DNA of 61,439 nucleotides from a virus (Duplodnaviria; Caudoviricetes): positions 1 through 61,439 of the IMG/VR virus record IMGVR_UViG_3300043256_000338. One strand, given 5' to 3'. A program made the position numbers and the translations under genes. Positions 1-9,588 of this stretch are shown piece by piece. Position 1 is the stretch's first letter. Each line of letters begins with the position of its first letter. The notes under the pieces are model-generated. The model searched no databases, was not told where the DNA came from, and saw only the letters and a list, made by a program, of their open reading frames with translations.

Positions 1-127
1 CACCGGTCCATCAGGATTCGTTGATCCACCACCTCGGAGCATGAGCAGGTCTTCCTCCGAGAGGATCTTCTTTAGTTCTTCATCGAACGTCATTTCCGTG
101 AGTCCGCGGTCTGCCATCAGCTTGTGA
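1..127. repeat. Terminal direct repeat, copy 1 (identical to 61313..61439); circular contig overlap
   Basis: Bases 1..127 match 61313..61439, and the portal frame runs through the junction. Confidence 0.97.
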
Positions 128-1488
128 ATCGACTCGAAAGACCACGGTGCACCCTGCATCTTCGCAGTCAGATAGTCGACCAGAGTCCTGCCGGATAGTT
201 CGTCATCGACGAAATCGAGGTTGGGAGTAACCACGACCTCCGCATCGTTAGCCCCTACCCAACGAGCCAGGATCTTCAGGATCTGCTCGAGCGCAAAAGC
301 TCCGGTCAACGCTATCTGGTTCAGCGTTGCGGTACGGGCCGAGACGCGCACCTTGAGTGCCTCGCCCGACTCGGCATCGTTCGACGTCGTGTCGAGCATC
401 TGCCCGGCCTTCTGCGCCGCACGTCGATAGTCGTTCTCGAGCGAGCTCCGCATCTCCGAAAGGCCAGTAGAATCGACGCCGATAAACTTCGCGTCACCCT
501 CGAAGTTAGGAATGTTGATCGAAGCGCCGGCCCCGATCCGATGCTTTTCATCCTTCCCACCACCGATCACAACAAGCGTGTCCTGCCCCTGCATGAACAA
601 CGCTTGGCGATAGTCGGCCTCGCCACGGTAGATCGTCAACGACAGGTCGGACACACCCATGAGCGGCGGTTCGTCTGGCTCGGCGGTGATATCCTTCGTG
701 TTCACGAAAACGAATGGGATCTCGCTCGTGGGAGTGCCAGCAATCTGCACCTCGTCCATCTGGTCCTCGGAGAACTCCTGCTTGTTGTCGCGGAACACCC
801 CGACCCGGTAGACACCCTCGCCCTCTGGCTCGTCCTCATCGACGTCTCCCAACAGAAGGATCCGATACTTCTCAACCTCTTTCCATTCGAAGCTCGTCTG
901 GCGTTCAAAACCAGACTCGTTAAGAGAAACGAAGTTGAGATTCTGAGGCTCAGTAACCTCGATCCGGTCATCTCCGGTACCACCGTCCAGCTCGCGCGAC
1001 TGCTGGCCCTCGTCCCAGTTGATGACGTGCTCGGCGATATACGTGGCGAGGTACGGGGTCCCAGCCCGCTCGCCGGAATCGATCACGTCAGCAAGGATGC
1101 CAAGCCGGCCGGCAGTCAGCTGCTCCTCATTGATTCGCCGCAAGAGCATCTCGAGAGACTCGTTCCGAAGGGTCGCCTTCGTCCTCATGTCCTCGAGCTG
1201 AGAGGGGAGCTCGATGGTCGGAGGCTTGTTGTGCATGATCCCCAACATCGCCTCTCGGGCTTCCTTCACGAGGTCAGGGAATACCGCGCGCAGCCGATAA
1301 GATTTGTACGCCTTCCACCCGTCCGACTCCGTGCTGGTCTCCCCACCGTCAGCGACCATTCCAGATGTCATCGGGAGATATTCGACGCCCTTTGCTTTCA
1401 CGATGCGCTCGCCTCGCATCGTATCGCGCATCTGCAGCCACTCGGGCTCGTGCTCTGAGTAAAGCGGGTGCTTCGAATCGACGCCCAT
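1..1488 (-). CDS. Portal protein (DUF4055-like), main part; continues at 61312..61253, about 515 aa in total
   Basis: Absent from the ORF track because it runs off the edge. ATG at 1488 directly after terL; both ends hand-translated in one frame (MGVDSKHPLYSEHEPEWLQMRDTMRGERIVKAKGVEYLP... and ...HKLMADRGLTEMTFDEELKKI); position between terL and gpF. Confidence 0.88.
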   Translation of the reverse strand, partial: MGVDSKHPLYSEHEPEWLQMRDTMRGERIVKAKGVEYLPMTSGMVADGGETSTESDGWKAYKSYRLRAVFPDLVKEAREAMLGIMHNKPPTIELPSQLEDMRTKATLRNESLEMLLRRINEEQLTAGRLGILADVIDSGERAGTPYLATYIAEHVINWDEGQQSRELDGGTGDDRIEVTEPQNLNFVSLNESGFERQTSFEWKEVEKYRILLLGDVDEDEPEGEGVYRVGVFRDNKQEFSEDQMDEVQIAGTPTSEIPFVFVNTKDITAEPDEPPLMGVSDLSLTIYRGEADYRQALFMQGQDTLVVIGGGKDEKHRIGAGASINIPNFEGDAKFIGVDSTGLSEMRSSLENDYRRAAQKAGQMLDTTSNDAESGEALKVRVSARTATLNQIALTGAFALEQILKILARWVGANDAEVVVTPNLDFVDDELSGRTLVDYLTAKMQGAPWSFESIHKLMADRGLTEMTFDEELKKILSEEDLLMLRGGGSTNPDGPV

Positions 1489-1498
1489 CAGGTGCCTC

Positions 1499-3064
1499 TC
1501 AGTACATTCCTACGGTCTTGCCGCCTGACACCGTCGTGCCGACCGCTCGCACCCGATACCGAACCTCGTCGCCGATGTGGTCCTCGGCGTCCGTGTCGAC
1601 ATCGTCCATGTCGCCATCCTCGTCGCGCGGGAGAGAGAGCACTGTCCGGAGGAACTGAGGGTTGTGATCGCCGACGACGAAGAGGCCAGGCTCCTCCCGA
1701 GGGAGCCCCTTCCGGGGCTTGGCCGCCTTCATCATCTTCCGCATCATCTCCCAGCCCATCTTCCGCGAGCCGGCGCGCTTGTCCGCCCGCGCCCACTCAA
1801 CCCCCTGGTAGACCCGACCTTCGATCCGGACCGGCTGGGTCATGTCCATCCCGATGGACGTCCCATTCTCGACCGTGAAGATCGAGCTGTCGGCCGGGCC
1901 GGGCAGGACAACCGACTGGTTCCCCTTGCGCCAGCCCCACATCATCTCGCGCTCGACGATCCCTGCAGCGACGTCGATCGCCAGCATCCGAACACCCTCA
2001 TTCGCACGTCCCGTCCAGCCGTACCATTCTCGCACCCGGAATAAATCACCCCTCACCGTAGAAAGCCAGCCACGACCCGGGAGCAGCAGGTCAGAACCGT
2101 TCGACTGTGCGTACCATCCGACAGAGAAGGGCTTAGACGACCCCCAGTCGAAGGCACGGTCGATCTTCCAGTCACGTGGGATATCGAAAGCCGGTAGGCT
2201 GTTGTACTTAGACCAGACGTCGTCGAACATCCCGCCGGCGACGATGTCCCAGCTCCCGTAGAGCCACGCCTTCGCCATAGCCTCGTTCGCGGCGGACCCG
2301 ATGATCCCGGATTTGTAGTCAGGGTCGTGCTTGAGCAGGATCTTGTTCTCGTCGATGTGGCCGTGGATCGCAGCACGTGGCCGTAGTTTCCGCCCCTTCT
2401 GGTCGACCGGCTCCATCTGGACAACCGTATTCCACCACTGACCATGGAGCATCCAACGATCCTTGACCCAGTTGGTACCAACCCCATAGGGGTTCGAGTT
2501 GGACCGGATCTTCCGCGGCACGCCCGGCTTGGACGACCGGCAGCACGAGAACATCGACGTGTAGCAGCGGTCGTCCGCCCAGGCCGTGAGCTCCTCCCAG
2601 CCGATCCAGGGGTATTCGTGCCCGTGGTAGTTCCAGTAGTCCTCCGGGCGCGCCATGTGGCGGAACCGAAACACCTCGCCTGTCGGCCAGACCCAGGACA
2701 TCCGACTCCAGTTGAACCGCGCCTGGGGGAAAATGAGCTTGAACCATCGGTGGGTCTTCGCGACGACATCCCCGAGCTGAGGGTACGTCTTCCGGAATAG
2801 GATCCCCGACCAGGCGTCCCCTAGCCCACGCCCGACGTGCTGGGCGTAGTCCATGATGAGGCCGTCGGTCTTGCCCGGTCCACGCGTCCCGTGGTACAGC
2901 ACCTCGAACAACGGGCACTCCAGGAACTCCGTTTGCGAGCCGGCCTGCGGCCTCCAAACCACGCCACTCTTTGGCATCGCATTTTCGCGCGCCCTCGCAT
3001 CGCGATACGAATCGTCGAACTCCTGCCCCTCAGCGACCGACGGCGTGTAGTTGAACTCCCCCAT
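1499..3064 (-). CDS. terL: Terminase large subunit
   Basis: Walker A GTRGPGKT, Walker B-like IGWEE, nuclease RAFDWG and EDHIGDEVRY. Confidence 0.95.
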   Translation of the reverse strand: MGEFNYTPSVAEGQEFDDSYRDARARENAMPKSGVVWRPQAGSQTEFLECPLFEVLYHGTRGPGKTDGLIMDYAQHVGRGLGDAWSGILFRKTYPQLGDVVAKTHRWFKLIFPQARFNWSRMSWVWPTGEVFRFRHMARPEDYWNYHGHEYPWIGWEELTAWADDRCYTSMFSCCRSSKPGVPRKIRSNSNPYGVGTNWVKDRWMLHGQWWNTVVQMEPVDQKGRKLRPRAAIHGHIDENKILLKHDPDYKSGIIGSAANEAMAKAWLYGSWDIVAGGMFDDVWSKYNSLPAFDIPRDWKIDRAFDWGSSKPFSVGWYAQSNGSDLLLPGRGWLSTVRGDLFRVREWYGWTGRANEGVRMLAIDVAAGIVEREMMWGWRKGNQSVVLPGPADSSIFTVENGTSIGMDMTQPVRIEGRVYQGVEWARADKRAGSRKMGWEMMRKMMKAAKPRKGLPREEPGLFVVGDHNPQFLRTVLSLPRDEDGDMDDVDTDAEDHIGDEVRYRVRAVGTTVSGGKTVGMY

Positions 3065-3555
3065 CAGCCGACGTCATCGCCGGTGGGATCCTCACGGCCG
3101 ACGTTCCCAGCCTCAGCGCGTGCGACCCACTCGTCCGATGACATAGCCGCTGGCACCAGGAGCACACCAGTGTTCGAAGAGATCTCAACCTCGGTCCTCT
3201 CGCTCCAACCGGCACGCGCCTTCAGGAAGAAGATCGCGGCAGCCACCGAACCCTGCCCGGTCCCGAGCGCCTTCTTGTACAGCGAATTGGCGACCTTCGA
3301 GATGGCGATCGCGCCCCCCTGGTCGAGCTCATTCCGGAAGTACTTGTGAAGGGTCGCCTTCCCGATGCCGGACTTCGTCCTCGAGTTGATGGTGATCGAC
3401 GCGATCTGGTCATGCTTCAAGCCGAACCCGACCAGTGCCCGGACCTGGTCCCGCTGCGCGACCGTCGGCTTGAACCTGGGCGGCACGCCCCGCATCATCT
3501 TCTTCTTCGCCGTCTTCTTCTTCGCCACGCGTTTCGTCTTCTTCTTCGCAGCCAT
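3064..3555 (-). CDS. terS: Terminase small subunit with Lys-rich N-terminus
   Basis: Directly upstream of terL; HTH-like TLHKYFRNELDQG and AAIFFLKARAGW motif. Confidence 0.85.
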   Translation of the reverse strand: MAAKKKTKRVAKKKTAKKKMMRGVPPRFKPTVAQRDQVRALVGFGLKHDQIASITINSRTKSGIGKATLHKYFRNELDQGGAIAISKVANSLYKKALGTGQGSVAAAIFFLKARAGWSERTEVEISSNTGVLLVPAAMSSDEWVARAEAGNVGREDPTGDDVG

Positions 3556-3588
3556 GCCACGAACTCCATCCTCCGCCCCATGGGCGGT

Positions 3589-4971
3589 CTATCGCCGCGC
3601 TTCCGCAGCTTCCGCAAACGTGTCCTTCGTTTGCTCGAGGACTGCAGCCATGCCGGTCCTCTTCTCCCACCTGGCGATCGCCACGTCGACGTACCCAGGA
3701 TCGAGCTCGATCGCGTAGCAGGCGCGACCGAGCAGCTCACACGCGATCAAGGTCGTGCCGGTCCCACAGAACGGCTCGTAAACAGACTCCGTGTCGTGGT
3801 TTCGGATCGCTCGTGCCATGCATTCGAGCGGCTTCTGGGTGCCATGATGCGACCCGTCCCCGTCGTCGGTAACGGGGATGTCCCACCAGGTGGACTGGCG
3901 CCGATTCGCCGACCAGCGAGCCTTCGACCCACTGCGGACCACGTACCAGGCCGAGTCGTGCTCGTCTACGTAGTCCTCGCAGGCGAGAGCGCTCTGCAAC
4001 TCGGCGATGACCGCATCCTTGTCGCCGTCCGGGATCTCGTCCGGCCGGACAGCGTAGAGACACGACTCGTGGTGCCAGTAGTAAGCGCCCCGGGAGAGGG
4101 CAAAGCGGGACTTCTTCCAGACGATCATGGAACGAGCCACGAACCCCACCCGCTCGAGCGACTGCAGCACCGTGGGCGCATGCAGCGACCCATGCCAAAC
4201 GTACGCAATATCACCCGGGAACAAGGCCCATGCCTGCCCCCAATCGGAGCGATCGTCGTTCAACACCTTCCCGGTGCGCTTGGTGGCAGAGACGCCGGTC
4301 TTGTTTCGCCACTCAGGGTTGTACTCCACGCCGTACGGCGGGTCCGTCACCATCAGGGGGGGAGCGGCGCCGTCCAGGACCACGGCCACCGTGTCGCGGT
4401 CCGTCGAGTCCCCACAAGCCAGCCGGTGGCTCCCCAGGAGCCAGACATCACCCAAACGGGACACCGGATCGTCCGGCTTCGGTGGAGCCACGTCGTCCTC
4501 ACCTGACAGGTCCCCCGTGTCGAGGATGTCGTTCAGCTCCCCGAGCTCGAAGCCCATGAGCTCGAGATCGAACCCGTCCTCCTGTAGCCCCTCGAGCTCC
4601 ACCTTGAGCAGCTCGGTGTCCCAGCCGGCGTTCTCGGCGAGCTTGTTGTCGGCGATCACGTACGCCCGCTTCTGGGCCTCCGACCAGCCCACGGCTACCA
4701 TGGCCGGGACGTGCTCGATGCCCAGCTTGGACGCCGCCAGCACCCGGCAGTGGCCGGCGATGATCCCGCCGGCGTCGTCGATCAGGATCGGAACCGTCCA
4801 CCCCCACTCGCGAATCGAGGCAGCCACCTGCTCGACCTGCATCTGGGTGTGCGTCCGCGCGTTGCGCGCGTAGGGGACCAGATCCGAGACCGGGACCATC
4901 TCGACCGTCTCCGCCGGCCATGCCGGGCCAGAAACGACCTTCTCCGCCTTCTTCTTGGTTTTCTTCGCCAT
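3589..4971 (-). CDS. ParB-like N-terminal domain fused to N4/N6 DNA methyltransferase
   Basis: LVPYARNARTH...IIAGHCR...ADNKL (ParB-N), VTDPPYGV, HGTQKP, YEPFCGTGTT; start set at ATG 4971. Confidence 0.92.
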   Translation of the reverse strand: MAKKTKKKAEKVVSGPAWPAETVEMVPVSDLVPYARNARTHTQMQVEQVAASIREWGWTVPILIDDAGGIIAGHCRVLAASKLGIEHVPAMVAVGWSEAQKRAYVIADNKLAENAGWDTELLKVELEGLQEDGFDLELMGFELGELNDILDTGDLSGEDDVAPPKPDDPVSRLGDVWLLGSHRLACGDSTDRDTVAVVLDGAAPPLMVTDPPYGVEYNPEWRNKTGVSATKRTGKVLNDDRSDWGQAWALFPGDIAYVWHGSLHAPTVLQSLERVGFVARSMIVWKKSRFALSRGAYYWHHESCLYAVRPDEIPDGDKDAVIAELQSALACEDYVDEHDSAWYVVRSGSKARWSANRRQSTWWDIPVTDDGDGSHHGTQKPLECMARAIRNHDTESVYEPFCGTGTTLIACELLGRACYAIELDPGYVDVAIARWEKRTGMAAVLEQTKDTFAEAAEARR

Positions 4972-5294
4972 CAAGTCAGATGCTCCGGAAGCTCTAGGCA
5001 TGGAACGGTCTTCCCTGCTAGGTCATGCGTACAATCGTTCAGGAACCGGATCTCTCCATCCGTCATGAATAGATGGCACACTGGGACAGTGGGGTTTGTC
5101 GACCCGCGATTCATCAGAAGGCTGGGCGTGAACGAGGGGCGTTCAAGATTGCCATTGAATGTCCAGTGAGGAACCTCATATCGGTGGTTCCCCTTGCACC
5201 CTGGGCACCAGAACCAATACGAGACACACCCCGTATCCTCGCCATGCATTGTGACCTTTGAGACGCGGAGCTTCTGCGGTTGCTGATCGCTCAC
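4971..5294 (-). CDS. DUF6527-like Cys/His protein
   Basis: WCPGC..H..WTFNG..PSFTPSLL..CHLF..GEIRFLNDCTHDLAG pattern. Confidence 0.7.
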   Translation of the reverse strand: MSDQQPQKLRVSKVTMHGEDTGCVSYWFWCPGCKGNHRYEVPHWTFNGNLERPSFTPSLLMNRGSTNPTVPVCHLFMTDGEIRFLNDCTHDLAGKTVPCLELPEHLT

Positions 5295-5701
5295 GGCGCC
5301 GACCGTACCGCCGGGTAGGGCTCGTCAGCCGACGCCGCTATCCACCCGAATGCACGGACAGCCTTCCAGAAGTACCACGCCCGAATGCGACCCATGCCCG
5401 CATCGAGCAGTTGGAAGTGGAAGAAGTCGTCGACCACCTTGCGCTTCGAGGAGTAGAGAACCCCCATGCGGAGCAGCTGGTAGAAGACGTCATGGACCAG
5501 GGAAGGGCGCAGCGACTCGGGAGAGTCCCACGTAGGCCCGGACGGGCCGTCCCAACAATAGCCGGCCTTGACCGACAGCGTGCCAGTCTCGAGCAGCGTG
5601 AAGAACTCAGCCGCGTGCTCGAAACCGCGGACCGGGGTCACGGCCGTGTAGGGCTCGACCAGCCGGTACTTCCAGTTTCGCAGCGATTGGTACTTGATCA
5701 T
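5291..5701 (-). CDS. DUF1353-like protein
   Basis: GYCWDGPSGPT...SLVHDVFYQL...AVRAFG; ATG 5701 with GAAGGGG upstream. Confidence 0.75.
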   Translation of the reverse strand: MIKYQSLRNWKYRLVEPYTAVTPVRGFEHAAEFFTLLETGTLSVKAGYCWDGPSGPTWDSPESLRPSLVHDVFYQLLRMGVLYSSKRKVVDDFFHFQLLDAGMGRIRAWYFWKAVRAFGWIAASADEPYPAVRSAP

Positions 5702-5830
5702 CGCAGCCACCCCTTCCTGGGACAGCTCGACGATATCGCGTGGAGGGGAGGAAGGGAAGGAAGCCGACAACGTCAAAAGGCAGAGCCCACCGCGGCAGGG
5801 TGAATCCTTCGCCGGCCGGACGGGGTCCTC

Positions 5831-6220
5831 TTACGGGTGAGTCTCTGCCATTGTCGTCTGCGTCCTGCGAAGATAGATCATCTCCCAGAAGACGGCAATC
5901 CCGAGTAAAGCGGCAATCTCATAGTTGTCGCCGTCGCCGCGGCCGATGTAGAGCTCGCCTTCCAGCCAAAACGGCCCTGGGCGTGTCGTCTGCCATGTGA
6001 ACTTCACGTCCTGCATCTCCGAGCCAGGGAAGCGGATATGCCCGCCACACGGGTTCAGATTGTGCTTCTTGACCCACGGGATGGCAGCCAACTGCCTGAG
6101 ATCCATGGCCTCGAGTTTACGGGCAGAGATCCCGAGCGACCGCGTGAACTGACGAACCGACCCGACGGCGGAGCCGACAAAGTTCACCTTCGGATTCCAG
6201 TGGTCTCGGAGGACACCCAT
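5831..6220 (-). CDS. Hypothetical protein
   Basis: Protein-like minus-strand ORF in the gene train; start uncertain. Confidence 0.6.
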   Translation of the reverse strand: MGVLRDHWNPKVNFVGSAVGSVRQFTRSLGISARKLEAMDLRQLAAIPWVKKHNLNPCGGHIRFPGSEMQDVKFTWQTTRPGPFWLEGELYIGRGDGDNYEIAALLGIAVFWEMIYLRRTQTTMAETHP

Positions 6221-6337
6221 TTCACAACCAACTTCCGAAGGCAAAAGCACCGATAACGACTAGCACATCGACGATGCATTTCCAGATCACTCCTCGTCTA
6301 GCAACCCCCGGCGCGCCGCAGTATGGACACTTCATTC

Positions 6338-6544
6338 TCACACCACCCTCCCGCCACTGGCTTCCCAGCCGGCGATGAACCCGAGCACATGAGAGCGCTC
6401 GTGATCCTTCGGCGCACGAAGACGATCGGTGTTCGTCTTCACCCGCATCCCCTTGAGCACCGCCCGACCTTCGATGATCCGGAGACTGAACTCGTAAGAG
6501 TCCCCCATGTAGGCGGAGAGCGCCGTCGTTAGGCGTTCCATCAA
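6338..6544 (-). CDS. Hypothetical protein
   Basis: Coupled start/stop overlap with upstream ORF. Confidence 0.55.
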   Translation of the reverse strand: MMERLTTALSAYMGDSYEFSLRIIEGRAVLKGMRVKTNTDRLRAPKDHERSHVLGFIAGWEASGGRVV

Positions 6545-6813
6545 TCCCCCGCTCGATCGTCGTGCCCTCGCTGGTGACTACAGACCAGCATGTCAAGGGC
6601 TCTAGCAGCGCAGTTCACCGCTACGCCCTTTGTCAGAAGTCCGGAAGAGACAAGATGGTCGGATATCTCTTCTACGGCATTGGCGACCAGGAGCTCCACC
6701 CGAGAACTGTTTGGCTCCTGGTCGCCAAACAGTTCTTCAATGAACACGTCCAAGGCGTCCCCCTCGTACTCATCGAACAAACGCCTGAGCTCCTTTCGGC
6801 TAGGTATCTTCAT
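6541..6813 (-). CDS. Hypothetical protein
   Basis: MKIPSRKELRRLF..., coupled to neighbours. Confidence 0.6.
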   Translation of the reverse strand: MKIPSRKELRRLFDEYEGDALDVFIEELFGDQEPNSSRVELLVANAVEEISDHLVSSGLLTKGVAVNCAARALDMLVCSHQRGHDDRAGD

Positions 6814-7183
6814 GCTTCGACTCCTCACCCTGGCCAAACGTCATCGAGTCGATACCTAGCCCCTCCCAGTGGGCGATGTACTTGGCCGCCTGAGCCTCCG
6901 CATCGAACACTTCACCACGCACACGGGCCCAGAGAGACCCCATGATCATGCCACTCAGATCGTCGCCGTGGACGAGACGGAAGCGCTTCTGGAAGTGCAG
7001 CGACAGCGGCGTCATTCGATCCCAGATCGACCAGCCATTCCGGAGATCCGTCCCAAACCAATGATGAAAAGCAGCCACTGAATGCTCACAGATAGACTCG
7101 CGATCCTTCTCCTCAAGCCCGAGGTACAACAGGTCAACCGCCTGCTCGAACGTCGTCGGGACGATGTCCTGTGGTAACTTCAT
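6800..7183 (-). CDS. DUF6794-like protein
   Basis: HHWFGTDLRNGWSIW...HGDDLSGMI motif. Confidence 0.65.
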   Translation of the reverse strand: MKLPQDIVPTTFEQAVDLLYLGLEEKDRESICEHSVAAFHHWFGTDLRNGWSIWDRMTPLSLHFQKRFRLVHGDDLSGMIMGSLWARVRGEVFDAEAQAAKYIAHWEGLGIDSMTFGQGEESKHEDT

Positions 7184-7557
7184 GGCGTCGGCCAGACATC
7201 GTTGCGATGCCGGATCAGCGCCTCGATCATCTGGTCGGCAGCGAGTTTCGACTTCAGGCGGATAGCCATGGGCGGGATGTCGCCAGCGAGATGGAACGTG
7301 ATGTGGACCTGCGTAGCAGGACCCTTCCCGTCACGCTCTGGGCACCACGACCCGACGTGGTAACACTCGACCACGATCCTCGGCTCGTCGATGTTCTCCG
7401 GGATCCGGTTCACCGGCGGGAGCTCCGGGCTCGCGCCGTTCTTTAGCGACTCGAACGCAGAGATGCACCGTTTTTCCACGTCGGCAGCGACATGCTCTTC
7501 GACCGCGATGTACAGACACCGCAGCGCTTGCCGGGCTTCCGTCTCTGCGGGGGTCAT
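7180..7557 (-). CDS. Hypothetical protein
   Basis: AGGAGG RBS; overlap with next gene. Confidence 0.65.
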   Translation of the reverse strand: MTPAETEARQALRCLYIAVEEHVAADVEKRCISAFESLKNGASPELPPVNRIPENIDEPRIVVECYHVGSWCPERDGKGPATQVHITFHLAGDIPPMAIRLKSKLAADQMIEALIRHRNDVWPTP

Positions 7558-7631
7558 TCCGCCTCCTCCTTTGGTAAACCCGGCTCGGCAGCGCCGAGCC
7601 GGGCCGCATGGCGGCCGTTTCGATGGGCGCC

Positions 7632-7847
7632 CTACGTGGTAGCGGGAGCCTCAGCCGGCTCGGGCGGAGCAGCGCACTCCTCTGCGATCTGTTCCATCTT
7701 GTTGAGGCAAGCATGGATGTCATCAAGCTTGCCTAGCGGATCGTTGACCACCAGCGACAACGAGTTGCCCGTGCGCCTGAGCTTGATACCGCGAAGACGA
7801 GCATCCTCCGCAAGAACGTCCCACTTTGTCAGGAAACCATCGTTCAT
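7632..7847 (-). CDS. Hypothetical protein
   Basis: MNDGFLTKW... with GGAAGG upstream. Confidence 0.5.
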   Translation of the reverse strand: MNDGFLTKWDVLAEDARLRGIKLRRTGNSLSLVVNDPLGKLDDIHACLNKMEQIAEECAAPPEPAEAPATT

Positions 7848-7933
7848 CCCTTTGATCCTTCCAGCGCCCGAATGAGCGCGTTGTATCCGTCCCACGAAGC
7901 AAGGCTCGTGGGCAAAGCCCCCATAGTAATCGG

Positions 7934-8161
7934 TTACGCCTCCCCCCGGAAGACCCGATCACGCTCGTTCATATCGCAGAGATTCCGATACAGGAACGCC
8001 CACCGGCCATCAGTGGCCTTGTGGACTCGCCTCCTGGCGAGAACTGCCGCTTTATCGACATCTCCGGCACAGTCCCCGTGCTTCACCTCAATACGGAAGT
8101 ACCCAGGTGCTCCCGGCTGGCCGGACCCGAGCGTCGCGTAGAACACGATCGAGTTGCTCAT
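7934..8161 (-). CDS. Hypothetical protein
   Basis: MSNSIVFYATLGSGQP..., GAGGAGG RBS. Confidence 0.6.
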   Translation of the reverse strand: MSNSIVFYATLGSGQPGAPGYFRIEVKHGDCAGDVDKAAVLARRRVHKATDGRWAFLYRNLCDMNERDRVFRGEA

Positions 8162-8340
8162 GACCCAGCCTCCTCGCGCAACGCGTCCAGAAGCTCGCGC
8201 CACACGTCCTCATACAGACAGACCTGGATTGGATCACACCCATCCTCGAGCGACCGGTCGAATGTAAGGATGAGCTCCCGCCGCCCCTGGGGGCTCGACT
8301 CGATGTAGAGGCCGTTCCCGAGGTATCTCCTGGTCAGCAT
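8158..8340 (-). CDS. Hypothetical protein
   Basis: YLGNGLYI motif, coupled to neighbours. Confidence 0.6.
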   Translation of the reverse strand: MLTRRYLGNGLYIESSPQGRRELILTFDRSLEDGCDPIQVCLYEDVWRELLDALREEAGS

Positions 8341-8490
8341 CTACGCTGCCCCCCACCGGAAGCAGAGCCACCCAAATTGGATAAATCTCCCAGGAGCCCC
8401 GGCTGTTGTCCACCACTGGAAACTGAAGCTCCGGTGCAAGAACACGAAGGGGATGCAACTCTCCGATGAGCGGGGGCAGTAGATCCGCAT

Positions 8491-8670
8491 CTACGCCTCC
8501 CCACCATCGTCCGGCAGGTAGTTTTTCAAGGTCTCGGACAGCCCCGACTGCTTGATCCAGTGCCGGCAGAGCACCACCTGGATAGGGTTGGGGGCGTCCG
8601 TGTGGTTCAACAGGCCGGCGACGTACCGTGCCACGAGGCCCTCGATTGTTTCTCGCAAGTCTTCATCCAC
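8491..8670 (-). CDS. Hypothetical protein
   Basis: GTG start after GAGGGGG; VDEDLRETIEGLV... Confidence 0.5.
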   Translation of the reverse strand: MDEDLRETIEGLVARYVAGLLNHTDAPNPIQVVLCRHWIKQSGLSETLKNYLPDDGGEA

Positions 8671-8944
8671 GCGTTCCCCCCTCCCGCGGCGGCGCCAGCT
8701 CCTCGTACCTCTCCGCGAAGAGGTCGGCCTTGCACAGACCGAGACCACCACAGATGTCCCGCGTAATCCAGTCGCCAACCTCCGCGTCGATCAACCCCGG
8801 CGGGGTGGCGATCCTCACAGTCCTAGCCCCAGGGTCGTAGGCAACGCCCGACACGTGACGCGCGCATGGAGGGTCACACATGAAGTCAGACTCTAGAATC
8901 TGCTGTGCCTCGATGACAACGGGCCGCTTGCGGTACCTCTTCAC
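8663..8944 (-). CDS. Conserved phage protein, RKKPVVIEA family (copy 1)
   Basis: YRKRPVVIEA...VGDWITR...CKADLFAERYE. Confidence 0.75.
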   Translation of the reverse strand: MKRYRKRPVVIEAQQILESDFMCDPPCARHVSGVAYDPGARTVRIATPPGLIDAEVGDWITRDICGGLGLCKADLFAERYEELAPPREGGTRG

Positions 8945-9213
8945 TCTTCAACCTCCTCGTACGTCTCTTCAAAGATGTCGGGCTTGCAGGGGTACAGCTC
9001 GCCCTTGACGCCACGGATGATCCAGTCGCCATCCTCCAAGGCAATGCGCGAACCTCCGATCTCCGTTACGAACCACCCAATAATAGCGTCACAGTCGTCC
9101 TCTCCCACCGAATACTGGACACCGTCACGAGCCCAGTCTGGCCACAGATCACGCTTGGATCGGTAGAAGCGGAATGCGTCAACGACAACCGGTTTCTTGC
9201 GGAATCGAGCCAC
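8941..9213 (-). CDS. Conserved phage protein, RKKPVVIEA family (copy 2)
   Basis: FRKKPVVVDA...GDWIIRGVKGELYPCKPDIFEETYE. Confidence 0.8.
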   Translation of the reverse strand: MARFRKKPVVVDAFRFYRSKRDLWPDWARDGVQYSVGEDDCDAIIGWFVTEIGGSRIALEDGDWIIRGVKGELYPCKPDIFEETYEEVEE

Positions 9214-9228
9214 GGGGCCTCCAGTGCA

Positions 9229-9284
9229 GAGAAGAAAGCCACAGAGCCCAGCCCTTGGAAGGAAAACAGAGGCTCTGCAGCTAG
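9229..9284 (-). terminator. Probable intrinsic terminator after the NPPDDIPIE gene pair
   Basis: CAGAGCC/GGCTCTG stem followed by TTTCTTCT on the minus strand. Confidence 0.45.
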
Positions 9285-9320
9285 TTGCAGGGGGTCTGCG
9301 CTATTGGCAGGATCCTGCGC

Positions 9321-9578
9321 TCATTCGATCGGGATGTCGTCCGGCGGGTTCGCCTTCTCCTCCGTCGTCGACAGAACCGCGAGTCTCTTGTTTATCTCAA
9401 CTTCCATGATGGCAATGTTCTTCTCGATCTCGGCCAACGGGACCGACTCTCGGCCAGCTTCTCTTGCCGCTTCCACAAGCATCACGAGAGCCGACTTCCC
9501 AGCAATGATCAACCAGGCCTGCGTGTTCGCATCGGCATTGCCATAATGAAACTCGCCGCCTGTAACTTCGCCACTCAT
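9321..9578 (-). CDS. Hypothetical protein ending NPPDDIPIE
   Basis: ORF track; C-terminus shared with upstream gene. Confidence 0.65.
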   Translation of the reverse strand: MSGEVTGGEFHYGNADANTQAWLIIAGKSALVMLVEAAREAGRESVPLAEIEKNIAIMEVEINKRLAVLSTTEEKANPPDDIPIE

Positions 9579-9588
9579 CGCTTAGTAC

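Noticed and set aside
3589-4971. ParB domain as the partition protein for the parS site
   Set aside because: Only the N-terminal ParB/Srx domain fused to a methylase, a common terminase-adjacent gene; no HTH or ParA evident
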